The notes below the pieces were generated by a model. It saw only the letters and a list, made by a program, of their open reading frames with translations, made no database searches and was not told the origin of the DNA. 64,000 bases of DNA from Antedon mediterranea (Eukaryota; Animalia; Echinodermata), in contig NC_092677.1 in assembly GCF_964355755.1 (NCBI RefSeq), forward strand, positions 1 through 64,000. The letters run 5' to 3'. Below, one piece after another: positions 36,671-51,100 of this stretch (position 1 is its first letter; every line of letters starts with the position of its first letter). A program made the position numbers and the translations under genes.

Positions 36671-38186
36671 CTAGCAATTATACCCGCCGCAGGGCAGGTT
36701 TCAAAATTAGTTTACAGCCTTCTCAGTACATAACACCCGACGCCAGTATCTGTCTATACTCACCGCCTTCTCAGTACATAACACCCGACGCCAGTATCTG
36801 TCTATACTCGCCAACCTCCACCCCTCTTCAATAACACCCCATACTCTTTCTTAAAAACAAATTCTTCCCAGTGATGGACAAATTCAATTCAACCTAAGCT
36901 TCGAATTGAGAGGAATATGCATAGCTACGATGGGTCTGATAATAGTTGAAGTACGTTGTAAATTGTGTAAATGAATAGGTGTCATATTGGCTGATAATGA
37001 AAATATGTAATTTAGATACTGCATTCCCCAGCCTTCTTTCTCCTTTCACCACCCCAGCCACCATCAACAAACCTTAACTCCTCCCCTGGACAGTTCAAAT
37101 TTAGTAACTTTTCCTAGTACAATCGCTAGTATTTTCGCTCCTCCTCCCCCTACAAACACACCCCAGATACACTGGGTGATGTGTTGAAAAGCCGGTTCCA
37201 GTACAAATTATGTTATTATCACTCCCAACCCATAATCCCTCAGTGGCAGTTTTCAAATATAGTTTAAAACATTCCAAATACAGTTTCGGTCATGGTCATA
37301 GGCCTACATCCCCACCCCAAACTCCCATCCGCTTCCCAGGGATGATTAAATACTTTAACATTTTCCAACCACAATTCTGGTGTAAGCAAAATCGCCACTA
37401 TCTCCCAACCCCACAATGGGCGTTTTTCCCTTGGAGGATTGGTGGTGCAGTTGAACACAGTAACAGTAAACAACGTTTGTATGTTCACACAGGAATGGAT
37501 GTCTGTACTGAGACAATCCAAGAGACCGATACATAGCTGGATATGGTTAAAGTACTTTGCTAAATGTGTAAATGAATAGGTGTCATATTGGTTAATGAAT
37601 AAAATATGTATATTTATATACGCCTTGCTGAGGATAATTAAAATACTGTAAAACTTTTGTAGTATAATTTTACAATTCGATAGCCTACAACCCCGAGCCC
37701 TAGCAAAAATGACATCACAAACCACTACACCACCACCCCCCTCCCCCCCCCCCCCACCCGTCCCACAAAAACCACAGGAGTCGGGGGAATTTTTTAAAAT
37801 GTAGTTTAAAACCTTCCGGGTACAATTGCCATCATTTTGATACCCCATACGTATGGTTACGTGCAGAAACAGAAATTTGTATAACGAACAAACATCGAAA
37901 GTGGGGGTTTTGACCACATTTTGGTCCCTAACTTGGATCCTAGGTGGCGGATGATGTTGAAATATAGCTTAGAACATTCCCGGTACAATTGCGGTCATTT
38001 TGATACCACATATGTAAGATTACGTGCAGTAACAAAAATTTGTATAACGAACAAACAAACAGACAGACAAACTCTCTCACTTATAATATAGATTTTGATA
38101 CCCCATATGTAAGATTACGTGCAGTAACAAAAATTTGTATAACGAAAAACAAACAGACAGACAAACTCTCTCACTTATAATATAGA
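36671..38186 (-). mobile_element. Non-autonomous Helitron
   Basis: Minus strand starts A|TCTATATTATAAG followed by a GTTT/GTCT microsatellite, and ends with a GC hairpin (CCTGCC..GGCGGG) then CTAG|T. The 5' ~94 bp are tandemly duplicated. Confidence 0.8.
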
Positions 38187-38187
38187 T

Positions 38188-39745
38188 AAATAAGTCACTG
38201 GATTTTAATATATATCTTCGTATGTTAATAACACTGTGCTCAAGTGGACCCAATTTGGAGCCAGGGGAGCACAGTGATATAAAATAGAAATAAATCACTG
38301 AATTTTAATATCTTTTCGTATGTTAATACACTGTGCTCAAGTGGACCCAATTTGGAGACAGGAGAGCACAGTGATATAAAATAGAAATAAGTCACTGATT
38401 TTTAGTATCTTTTCGTATGTTAATACACTGTGCTCAAGTGGACCCAATTTGGAGCCAGGGGAGCACAGGAAGAGTGATATAAAATAGAAATAAGTCATTG
38501 AATTTTAATATATTTTCGTATGTTAATACACTGTGCTCAAGTGGAACCAATTTGGAGCCAGGGGAGCACAGTGATATAAAATAGAAATAAATCACTGAAT
38601 TTTAATATCTTTTCGTATGTTAATACACTGTGCTCAAGTGGACCCAATTTGGAGCCAGGAGAGCACAGTGATATAAAATAGAAATAAGTCACTGATTTTT
38701 AGTATCTTTTCGTATGTTAATACACTGTGCTCAAGTGGACCCAATTTGGAGCCAGGGGAGCACAGTGATATAAAATAGAAATAAGTCACTGAATTTTAAT
38801 ATCTTTTCGTATGTTAATACACTGTGCTCAAGTGGACCCAATTTGGAGCCAGGGGAGCACAGTGATATAAAATAGAAAAAAGTCACTGAATTTTAATATC
38901 TTTTCGTATGTTAATACACTGTGCTCAAGTGGACCCAATTTGGAGCCAGTGGAGCACAGTGATATAAAATAGAAATAAATCACTGAAATTTAATATCTTT
39001 TCGTATGTTAATACACTGTGCTCAAGTGGACCCAATTTGGAGCCAGGAGAGCACAGTGATATAAAATAGAAATAAGTCACTGATTTTTAGTATCTTTTCG
39101 TATGTTAATACACTGTGCTCAAGTGGACCCAATTTGGAGCCAGGGGAGCACAGGAAGAGTGATATAAAATAGAAATAAGTCACTGAATTTTAATATATTT
39201 TCGTATGTTAATACACTGTGCTCAAGTGGAACCAATTTGGAGCCAGGGGAGCACAGTGATATAAAATAGAAAAAAGTCACTCAATTTTAATATCTTTTCG
39301 CATGTTAATACACTGTGCTCAAGTGGACCCAATTTGGAGCCAGGGGAGCACAGTGATATAAAATAGAAAAAAGTCACTGAATTTTAATATCTTTTCGTAT
39401 GTTAATACACTGTGCTCAAGTGGACCCAATTTGGAGCCAGTGGAGCACAGTGATATAAAATAGAAATAAGTCACTGAATGTTATCTTTTCGTATGTTAAT
39501 ACACTGTGCTCAAGTGGACCTAATTTGGCGCCAGTGGAGCACAGTGATATAAAATAGAAATAAGTCATTGAATTTTAATATCTTTTCGTATGTTAATACA
39601 CTGTGCTCACGTGGACCCAATTTGGCGTGCGCGCCAGTGAGCACAGTGATATAAAATAGAAAAAAGTCACTAAATTTTAATATCTTTTCGTATTTTAATA
39701 CACTGTGCTCAAGTGGACCCAATTTGGCACCAATGGGAGCACAGG
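38188..39745. repeat. ~97-bp satellite (~16 copies) with internal inverted repeat GAGCACAGTG/CACTGTGCTC
   Basis: Tandem units GAGCACAGTGATATAAAATAG...GTGGACCCAATTTGGAGCCAG. Confidence 0.95.
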
Positions 39746-40957
39746 GAAATAGTCACATACAAAAACATCGAGAAAAAATACTTCTGGAATTTAAAAATAT
39801 TTTAAACTTGGTATATTTGTTCAATATCGGTTACTCCATCCGTAAACCAAAAGAAAAAATAGTTTCAAGCCACATCAGAGTTTAACAGAATATGTTGTAA
39901 TTGAATGTTTTTCATAAGTATTATCTTAAGCGAACGCAAGTTATTAAAATCACTGATATGGCTTGAAACTATTTTTTATATTAGAGAATGCTCGATCGTC
40001 GAAATGACGCTCTGAATATACCTCCACACGTACAGCAGAGCCATTTATCACTGTATGATTAAAACAATAGAGATACTATGTTCAGAATGAACCCACGTCA
40101 GTCATGTGAAATTTGTGACCTTTCAGCCGCTGCTTTCAACATTGCATGAATTTTACTAATAACCAAAGTTTGATTAAAATCAAACCCAGGGTAAAAATGT
40201 CCTCTTTCTAATTATTTAGTAGGCCTATTTTAGTTTATTCAACTTGCTTGCGGCTTCAATTGCGTTGCGGCTTATAAGTTATGTGATCCTGCGTTGCATA
40301 TCCTAGCATATCCTAATAATTTTGAAAAGTAGAGTTGCTAGGAAATTTGACTTCCAAATATGGAAAGAATGTCTCCAGGACCAGCTCAGTGGTGGCGCCA
40401 CCACAGGACCAGCTCCTGCCTATCATAAAGAAAAACATTTTTATTTATAAACAAAAAATAAAAATTCGTAGAGATTTGAACCCCAGCTAGTACAGCTGAG
40501 AATTCAAACGATAGTTACTAGAGCACTACCCAAGGGTACAAGGAAACTTTATTTATCTCAACTTGGGAAATTGTGTTGCTGTCAATAACAAAATCACATG
40601 ACCTCGCTCCCTATGCTAAAGTACAATATTAAAAAAAATGATATTTGAAACATATTGCTAGCTACTATTGCTACTGCAAAATTGGGGTTGTAACTATTTT
40701 TCTTAATCTCACTTTGTTTTTTTTCTTTTTCTGTCTCAAAATGTCATTTTTTGTTAATGTAATGCGTCCGTATGTTTTATGTTTATGCTTAGGACTACAA
40801 AGACAAGCCACTTTGGCTTCTGTGTATCTTAACCCATAAACTATGTAAACTGTTGAATATTGAATAAATGTATGTACTACTATGGTTTAAAAAAAAAAAT
40901 GCCGTAATTAAAAGAGAAATTATAGGCATAATACATAAGTGTGATAAAAATAATAAC

Positions 40958-41175
40958 AATAGTGTATCGTAATAAATTCCCCTATCTTTTGATATCTTTC
41001 ATTATAGTCTCGTATGGCCCTTGTGTGATAATAATAATAATAGTGTATCGTAATACATTCCCCTATCTTTTGATATCTTTCATTATAGTCTCGTATGGCC
41101 CTTGTGTGATAATAATAATAATAATAGTGTATCGTAATAAATTCCCCTATCTTTGATATCTTTCATTATAGTCTC
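40958..41175. repeat. ~80-bp tandem repeat (~3 copies)
   Basis: ATAGTGTATCGTAATAAATTCCCCTATC... repeated. Confidence 0.85.
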
Positions 41176-41416
41176 CCGTTATGCACACGAGTAATAAAGG
41201 GTGATAGTAGTATACTGCATTGCGCCTAAAAATGCAGTTCAGAGTCTAGATAAGTTTAATCAACAAACACTCAAAAGCGCTATAAATGTCGCATAGATAG
41301 ATAGATTGTTATACGCGCTTCACATTACGTCATTCTAATTGTTACGTCATAAATTTGCATATTCATAACGTAATTATGAGGAAACGAATCTAGTTTTAAC
41401 CTCGCTCTAAACCAGA

Positions 41417-41680
41417 GGACCGAATAGCTCAGTCGGCAGAGCGCCGTGTTGATGACACGAATGCATGGGATCGAATCGATCCGTTGGTCGGTGGAAAAGA
41501 GTTAAAGCTATGCGAGCTTCTGTGTTTGGGGTTCACAGATTTAAACATCCCCCTTTCCACCACACATCATGAAGCGATAACATCAAAGCATCTGATATTG
41601 TGATTCCCCAAGGAGGCTTGAGAGATCGAGAGCATAACCGTGCTAGAGGCAAGGAGGCACACATTTCACATTTTTTTTTA
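41417..41680 (+). mobile_element. tRNA-derived SINE
   Basis: A-box TAGCTCAGTCGG and B-box-like GGATCGAATC in a degenerate tRNA head, followed by a ~190-bp body and a T-rich tail. Confidence 0.65.
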
Positions 41681-42069
41681 TTCTGTGGCTTCCCGCCCCC
41701 TTCGATCTCGTAAATTTTATGTTTGGCGCCCTCAATTTTAAGACCACCTGAGTTATGTCAGAAAATTAGAAACAAATAAATAGAAATGTCACAAAGATGC
41801 CGATGCCTAGCCTGGCTAGTGTATTCTCTCTATTTGTTTAAATACATATGCATTATTGTAATAAATAATTTCAATGGAATGATAGAAGTTTTAAGTTAAT
41901 TATTCCTTATTTTTATATATAAAAAAATACGTAAACGTGGCACATTTACAAAAAAGCGTGGTGGGGGCGGTTCCTGACTAAAATGTTATATCCAACCATA
42001 ATGTTTTAGTTGGTGGTGGACTTGAACACAAATGATGTTCATACGTACCTTATCTACGGCTGCGTATCC

Positions 42070-43433
42070 ATGACAGAGCGCAGTGACAGCAGTAGACGAC
42101 GTTGGCATACGCTCACAGAGCGCAGTTACAGCAGTAGACGACGTTGGCATCCACTCACAGAGCGTAGTGACAGAAGTAGACGACGTTGTGGCATACACCT
42201 TTGTTTTATTTAAGTTCTATATACTTGTTCTTATGTAAAAGGGTCCTACAAAAAAACGAAGCTACAGCTTTTTTATGCAGGATCCCTGTTTTCAGTTGTA
42301 CTGTAATTACGATGTACTGTAATTGATGACTAAATAAATGTGGAATAAATTAAATTAAATGAAACGCTCACAGAGCGCGCAGTGACAGCAGTAGACGACG
42401 TTGGCATCCACTCACAGAGCGCAGTGACAGCAGTAGACGGTGTTGTGGCATACGCTCACAGAGCGCAGTGACAACAATAGACGACGTTGGCATACACTCA
42501 CAGAGCGCAGTGACAGAAGTAGACGACGATGTGGCATTCACTCACAGAGCGCAGTGACAGAAGTAGACGACGATGTGGCATTCACTCACAGCGGCGCAGT
42601 GACAGCAGTAGACGACGTTGGTATACACTTACTCACAGAGCGCAGTGACAGAAGTAGACGACGTTGTGGCATACACTCACAGAGCGCAGTGACAGCAGTA
42701 GACGACGTTGTGGCATACACTCACAGAGCGCAGTGACAGCTGTAAACGACGTTGGCATTCACTCACAGAGCGCAGTGAAAGCAGTATACGACGTTGTGGC
42801 ATACACTCACAGAGCGCAGTGACAGCAGTTGACGACGTTGGCATACACTCACAGAGTGCAGTGACAGCAGTATGCGACGACGTTGTGGCATTCACTCACA
42901 GCGGCGCAGTGACAGCAGTATACGACGTTGTGGCATTCACTCACAGAGGGCAGTGACAGCAGTAGACGACGTTGGCATCCACTTACAGAGCGCAGTGACA
43001 GAAGTAGACGACGATGTAGCATTCACTCACAGCGGCGCGGTGACAGCAGTAGACGACGTTGTGGCATCCACTCACAGCAGCGCAGTGACAGCAGTAGACG
43101 ACGTTGGTATACACTCACAGAGCGCAGTGACAGCAGTAGACGACGTTGTGGCATACACTCACAGAGCGCAGTGACAGCAGTAGACGACGTTGTGGCATAC
43201 ACTCACAGAGTGCAGTGACAGCAGTAGACGACGTTGGTATACACTCACAGAGCGCAGTGACAGAAGTAGACGACGATGTGGCATTCACTCACAGCGGCGC
43301 AGTGACAGCAGTAGACGACGTTGGTATACATTCACAGAGCGCAGGCAGCAGCAGTAGACGACGTTGGCATACACTCACAGAGCGCAGTGACAGCAGTATA
43401 CGACGTTGGCATCCACTCACAGAGCGCAGTGAC
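42070..43433. repeat. 42-44-bp minisatellite (CACTCACAGAGCGCAGTGACAGCAGTAGACGACGTTG(TG)GCATA)n
   Basis: ~28 degenerate units, interrupted at ~42199-42363 by an AT-rich insert. Accounts for the repetitive ORFs here. Confidence 0.95.
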
Positions 43434-44371
43434 AGGCATATGGTTTATTTGGTAAAAACATGTACAATGGAAAACTGATGAATTGAGAACTGTAAAATTG
43501 CTCTTGTCAAATTTCGTTTATTTCGTTATTGCACCATTGTATCAATATCATAGTGATATGGATACACAAAAATACATGTATGTGGTACACTATGAACAAC
43601 GAAATATCGTAATTTATATTATTTATAGTATAAAAGCTATAATATTTTGTAACTATTATTCTCATGTTTAAATCTCTTTTTACATAATTTAGACTAGAAA
43701 CCTTTCAATCACAATAACACTGGTATTTTACTGTAAAATACAAGAATTGTTTTTTAAAATGTATCCAACATTAACTTTCTATGAACCATTTTTGCGTGTG
43801 TAAATGACTTGTTTAGCCCCTATATGTTATAATTATTGTGTTTTACAAATAAATGGATCAATACTTTACAAATAGTAGGTATATCAAAGTAAGTCTCACA
43901 GAAATGGTTTATAGTTGTTTTATAATAGATTAATTAACATTTTTATAAGATGAAGTGTGTATTAACAGATTAGGCCTAATTTACATCTCAACTGAAAATA
44001 TGGAAAATCTACAATATAGATTTTATCAAAATTAGCGACGTCGTCGTCCGTATTGATTCGGATGAGTGCATTACTCTCCATCTATACGTTTCTATTGTAC
44101 CCTCACAAAAAACATGCAACATGAACAATTTTCACATAAAAACCGCATTTGAAGAAACCAATTGTTGATATCAAAAGATACTTCAAGGGAATGGTCCAGC
44201 ATTCCCGCAATCATATACAAAACAGAGATTTTGAGTAGCGAAATTGACTACACATTTCTGTTACGAAACAGTTTATTTACATATGAATTATTACTATTAT
44301 TCGTAAGAATACTTATTTTTCTTTTATTCAGAACGCTCTTTAATTTACTGTAGTCAAGTAAATTAACAGAA

Positions 44372-44734
44372 CTAGTAGCTATGTGCGATGACACATGGCT
44401 ATGTGGATGAGTCACATGGCTAGTAGTATGTGTGCGATGACGCATGGCTATGTGGATGAGTCACATGACTAGTAGTATGTGTGCGATGACACATGGCTAT
44501 GTGGATGAGTCACATGACTATAGTAGTATGTGTGCGATGACACATGGCTATATGGATGGGTCACATGACTAGTAGTATGTACCTATATGCGATGACACAT
44601 GGCTATGTGGATGAGTCACATGACTAGTAGTATGTACCTATGTGCGATGACACGTGGCTATGTGGATGAGTCACATGACTAGTAGTATGTACCTATGTGC
44701 GATGACACATGGCTATGTGGATGAGTCACATGAC
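44372..44734. repeat. Tandem amplification (~7 copies, 49-55 bp) of the ERG C-terminal codons and stop codon
   Basis: The unit corresponds to ...[18 protein letters not shown]-stop. Copies decay with distance into the 3' UTR. Confidence 0.93.
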
Positions 44735-45196
44735 TTCCTGGATAAATATTAGCAGCACTTGGTGATGACCAATATGACGTATGCGATCCAAATAAACTAG
44801 CATTGGTTGAGGGAATTGGCGCACCAACTAAGTTGAATTTTCCTGCAGGGTGATATCCTTGAAGATATGATAAATCGGACTGATATCGATACATACTTGG
44901 ATCTGTTTGAACTGGTTGCATTGCTTGAGCCAACCCAGCAAAGTCAAATTTGTAAGCGTATCGTTTACCATGCACTTTGGTCATTATATTTTTATCATAA
45001 TAATATCGTAGTGCTCTGCTAAGCTTGTCGTAATTCATATTTGGTTTACTTTTTCTTTCCCCCCATCGCCTAGCTACTTCATCTGGATCTGTCATTTTGA
45101 ATTCTCCGTTTGTACCTTCCCATGTAATGCAATTTGAATTTGAGCTGTCTGAGAGAAGTTCCAATAAAAACTGCCATAATTGAATCTGCCCACTAC
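44679..45196 (-). CDS. ERG: ERG last exon: ETS DNA-binding domain and C-terminus
   Basis: [17 protein letters not shown]...[44 protein letters not shown]. Confidence 0.97.
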
Positions 45197-48100
45197 CTGT
45201 CATGATAAAAAAGATTGTTTCAAAAATAAATAGTAATAATAATAATAATAACGATAAATCACAATTTTAAATTTAATTTTAAATTATTCAATTGTATGGT
45301 AACATTCATTAAACTAATAAAAGTTTAAAATGTAATGTTGGTTGGTTAAAATCATAATTATTATTTTCTATAGGCCTATAAAGACTAAAGCCGATTTTCC
45401 ACTAGGCGAATTTGTTCGCGCGAATCGAACGCGCCAGCTTGTACGCATGTGTATTCATGTTTACGTCTTCCAAATCCTTCTCTACGCATGCGTATTAGCT
45501 GACGCCTTCGATTCGCGCGAACAAATTCGCCTAGTGGAAAATCGGCTTAAAGCCGATTTTCCACTAGGCGAATTTGTTCGCGCGAATCGAAAGCGTCATG
45601 TTATACGCATGCGTATTCATGTTTCCATCCATCCAGAGAAACCTCATATAAAACAAAATTCTCAGAGTGTGTCCAATCAAGGATTTTCATCTTTAAAAAG
45701 CGACTGATACTATATATGAAATCGCCGGAGCTTCCGAGCGCCACCACTGTTACGGTTAGTGGATGTTCTACGTGGTACGATTAGTTTACTTGTGCCGTCA
45801 ACTGATTGTTATTTTTTGTATTTACTTAACATAGAAATAACAGTTTAGAATAGTGTAGTCTAATCTTTTTACTGATAGAGGAACTCTAACGGTTTGGGTA
45901 GCGCTTGATTTAGGCTATACTGACCATAGATTGGAACAAATTCTAACGATTTGGGTAGCGATTGACTTAGGCTACTGACCATAGAGTGGAACAAATTCTA
46001 AGGGTTTGGGTAGCGATTGATTTAGGCTACTGACCATAGAGTGGAACAAATTCTAACGGTTTGGGTAGCGATTGATTTAGGCTACTGACCATAGAGTGGA
46101 ACAAATTCTAACGGTTTGGGTAGCGATTGATTTAGGCTACTGACCATAGAGTGGAACAAATTCTAACGGTTTGGGTAGCGCTTGATTTAGGCTAATGACC
46201 ATAAAGTGAAACAAATTCTAACGGTTTGGGTAGCGCTTGATTTAGGCTACTGACCATAGAGTGGAACAAATTCTAACGGTTTGCTATGTAATATTAAAAA
46301 TGGAGCCAAACGTATCCTTCAAAATGTGCACGAAATATTAAATATGTTGTCAAATGTACCCTTCAAAATTGTCTCAGGTATCTCAATTTATATAGATAAC
46401 TGATTACTCAGTCATTTATTTGCGCCCTCGTGAGGCGTAGGGTGTAAATATCAATTTAAATTATATGAAATTATAAACAAAATAAGAGAATAAATTACAA
46501 CGTGCTTGTGTTATGTTATAACAAATGAAATTTATTGTAAGATTTATCAAATCATTCAAACATAGGCCTGCAGCACAAGCATAACAATTCAACACATTAA
46601 TTATGTTATCAAATCCAAAAATGTAACTGTATGAGAACTGAAGAACTGATTGTATTTTTCCTTACGGTACTTTATTATTTTAATAATTTGCTAATGAACT
46701 AATTGACCTTTCTTGGAAAAAACACATCATAATATTGAGATATGTTTTTGTATAACAAGTGTGGTCTAAACAAAACCAAGCTAGACAAGTTTTACTGTTT
46801 ATTTACATTTCAAAATTATTAGATCAAGGAAGAGTAAAAAACACAAAAATCAGAAGCCTATATTTTACAAACTCTGAAAGAAAAGGACAAATATCCGTAC
46901 GTCGGAAATGCATTCATCTCGTGGTATCCGCCGAGTCAATAAAATCGAATCGTTATTCAGTGCCTTTTAGTCGTTCAAATAATAATCATAAACGTACTTC
47001 AAGTACCATTTTGCCTGAAGTGTTTAATGGGAACAACTACGCCAAGCCATACCACCGAACAATGTCGAGTACGTTAATAAGTATGCTAACAGAAACGAAG
47101 ACAACAAGTTTAATACAACAAACAAATACAACTCATCTCAACTATGTTTACATACTAAAAACTAATTGATGATAATGATCATTAATTCATTCATAAAGAT
47201 GGCACACGATAACTCCGTTTAAAACCACGTCTAAATTACAGTACGTTACACGAAAACGTAGACCATATAAGTTGCTGAAGTTGTTACGTAATGTATTGTA
47301 GGCTATACGTAAAATTAATAATCAAGTTTAGTGGTCACCCAATCGGTATGGTATATCTAGATTTCTCAAGTAATACAGCATCACAGGTGTTTCACAATGA
47401 ATCGCCTGTCATAGGTGGGAGTTCGTACAAAAGAGAGGATGCAACTAAGATGCATCCATCATAAGTCTAAGATAACAATGATTTATTTGTCACTGAGAAA
47501 CAAATTTGGTGATACAAGATGGACGGGACAAAGTATTAAAGCTTCTAACGATAAAACAAAGATCTTGATGATTTCATCAGTAATCTGAACACCCATAACC
47601 AACCTATATCAATCTTTACAATCTATTTGTTCTATATTGATGTATTTATATATATTTATGTACGTTATTTTGTTATTATGATGAGAACACACTACCTCTT
47701 GTATCCACGCGGGTATTTGTTATTGAATCGATGTATTATTACAGAAAGTAGCAATTGAATTGGCTGTTTTGACAAAATATTTAATTCTGTTATTATTTTT
47801 TTATATTCATTGCAAATGATGCACACCAATGCTATTATTATTATTGTATGCTTGCTTATTCTCAAGCATTTTGATTTAAAATTGATTTTGTTAATATTAT
47901 TTTTATTACCAAAAAAAACCCCAATGTATTTAATGGTATTTTGTAAAATACAAATTATTTTAAGTAAGACGTCAGAATAAATGAGTTAAAGATGACTAGT
48001 ATAAGATGAGTGAGGTTGATTGCTAACAATAGATCGATCCAGTAAACGTATCAAGACATTGATTGAGTAAAACGATTGGGTTAATTATCTGATACTCAGT

Positions 48101-51100
48101 TTATACTTCAGGCTACACTTAAGTCAAACGAAAGACATGTCATATATCTACACATAAATCTACACACGACGGTGATATATTATATTCCTAATTTTCATCC
48201 TTCTTTTAAAAAAAGATATTTTTATTCTTAATAGTTTAAGTAAAAAACATCAGACAAACAATCTCATTTCCTAAGAGTGACTTCAAATTATCAACAAATT
48301 ATTTAGAATTGACCCGAATTTCTAGATAATAATTATCGTATATTTAAAATAGGTTACTTACCTGGGTTACTAAGCGTCCTACTAGTAGGTCCAAACATCT
48401 TGTAAGGATCTACAAAATAAACAATTTTATACTTTCATATAATAATTTAGAACAGGGACCATGTGAATAATAAAGCCTTTCCAAACTGAGCGTAACATTA
48501 ATCGGATAGTGTCTGTGTATTCTAAAAATGTTATATTCCTTTATTATTTTACAGATATTTCTCAGGTACTATGTGTAACAAGGTATATTTCTGGCGGCAA
48601 TAACTAACGTTAAAACGCATGACAGTGCTAAAGAGTAAACTTAAACGCTGTTCTCACCAATACCTAACGTTATAACGCATGACAGCGCTAAAGAGTAAAC
48701 TTAAACGCTGTTCTCACCAATACCTAACGTTAAAACGCATGACAGTGCTAAAGAGTAAACTTAAGCGCTGTTCTCACCAATAACTAATGTTAAAACGAAT
48801 GACGGCGCTAAAGAGTAAACTTAAACGCTGTTCTCACCAATACCTAACGTTAAAACGCATGACAGTGCTAAAGAGTAAACTTAAGCGCTGTTCTCACCAA
48901 TAACTAACGTTAAAACGAATGACGGCGCTAAAGAGTAAACTTAAACGCTGTTCTCACCAATAACTAACGTTAAAACGCATGACAGCGCTAAAGAGTAAAC
49001 TTAAACGCTGTTCTCATCAATAACTAACGTTAAAACGCATGACAGTGCTAAAGAGTAAACTTAAGCGCTGTTCTCAACAATATCTAACGTTAAAACGAAT
49101 GACGGCGCTAAAGAGTAAACTTAAACGCTGTTCTCACCAATAACTAACGTTAAAACGCATGACAGTGCTAAAGAGTAAACTTAACCACTGTTCTCACCAA
49201 TAACTAACGTTAAAACGAATGACGGCGCTAAAGAGTAAACTTAAACGCTGTTCTCACCAATAACTAACGTTAAAACGCATGACAGCGCTAAAGAGTAAAC
49301 TTAAACGCTGTTCTCATCAATAACTAACGTTAAAATGCATGACAGCGCTAAAGAGTAAACTTAAACACTATTCTCACCTGGTTGAACCTGTGTCGGTTCA
49401 TGTTTAATATTTGTTGCTGTTTGTGTGTAACTTCCTGTATAAAAAATATTAAACTTAAATTAAAGATTCCGAGCTATGAATACAGAAAATATTATTTTAT
49501 TGAAATACGTGGCTCCATTTTGAGATGGTGATCAGTCGAATATGTCCCAAGAAGTTAAATACACATTATTTTATATTCGCTTACGACTTTCGAATAAGCG
49601 TTTATTATCGTTTATTGCACTATATACTTATTGTGGACAGTAGTCTAGCACGGTTAAACTTTATTTTGTCTAATTCAATTCGTCGTGAGTAAATCCACTT
49701 ACATTTATATCAGTGTAGTTCCTATATTTACTATAATGATATGGTTAGGGTTAACCCAACCTTTAGCTCACGGTATAATGTTAAATGATTTTCAAAGAGT
49801 CAAAATAATCCATTCGTTAATTTTTGCTATAACATGTTTTAATGTTGGCAACCATAGTTATTAGATATTTAAATCCAACATTAATATTAAAACCCTTAAA
49901 ATATTACCTTTTGCAATTGATGTACTACCGCTCCAGACTGGCGTCCTTCCTCTTACCACTGATTCACAAGTCGCTTCTGAGAAATAATGTTTAACATGCA
50001 TATTTTATTCATAACCATCACATATTTTACCTATTAAATTAGTACATTTACATTTTCAGCTTTTTTATTCACAATAAGCAATACAAATTCTTCTTTTGTT
50101 AATAAACTGGACTTGAATTAGAAAGTTGCATACACAGGCTTCTGGATCACGACGAAGCAAATAACAAATACATAAGTACAGTTATTTTTAGTTTATTTAA
50201 ACTCACATTTTCTACAACAAAAACAAAGACCACGTAAGTGATTGTGTGTGTCGCTAGTGAAATTAAGCCATGAATTTTATTTAGGTTACGTAAAAAAATA
50301 GTACAAATATTCACAGGTCTACTGAACATTACAACTTAAAACATGACGATGAACAAGAAAAAAGGAACGATTTAAAACATGACGATGAACAAGGAAAAAG
50401 GGACGATTTAAAACATGACGATGAACAAGGAAAAAGGGACGATTTAAAACATGACGATGAACAAAGAAAAGGGACGATTTAAAACATGACGATGAACAAA
50501 GAAAAGGAACGATTTAAAACATGACGATGAACAAGAAAAAAGGAACGATTTAAAACATGACGATGAACAAGGAAAAAGGGACGATTTAAAACATGACGAT
50601 GAACAAAGAAAAGGGACGATTTAAAACATGACGATGAACCAGGAAAAAGAGACGATTTAAAACATGACGATGAACAAGGAAAAAGGGACGATTTAAAACA
50701 TGACGATGAAAAAGAAAAAGTGACGATTTAAAACATGACGATGAACATGAAAAAAGGGACGATTTAAAAAATGACTATGAACAAGAAAAAAGGAACGATT
50801 TAAAACATGACTATGAACAAGAAAAAAGGGACGATTTAAAACATGACGATGAACAAGAAAAGGGGGGCGATTTAAAACATGACGATGAACAAGGAAAAAG
50901 GGACGATTTAAAACATGACGATGAACAGGAAAAAGGGACGATTTAAAACATGACGATGAACAAGGAAAAAGGGACGATTTAAAACATGACGATGAACAAA
51001 GAAAAAGGGACGATTTAAAACATGACTATGAACAAGAAAAAAGGGACGATTTAAAACATGACGATGAACAAGAAAAAGGGGGCGATTTAAAACATGACGA

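Larger units (their letters stand above)
36410..40024. mobile_element. Non-autonomous TIR element carrying a ~97-bp satellite and a Helitron
   Basis: 43-bp perfect TIR GAGGTATATTCAGAGCGTCATTTCGACGATCGAGCATTCTCTA and a 7-bp TSD CACACGT (36403-36409, 40025-40031). Confidence 0.85.

Noticed and set aside
37264-37917. 217-aa minus-strand ORF
   Set aside because: Lies inside a non-autonomous Helitron, has no recognisable motif, a non-ATG start and a poly-G tract.
41417-41492. tRNA gene
   Set aside because: The T-arm and acceptor stem are degenerate and it continues into a SINE-like body.
41986-43478. Cluster of repetitive ORFs (HSQSAVTAVDDV...)
   Set aside because: These are translations of a 42-44-bp minisatellite, with frame changes between units.
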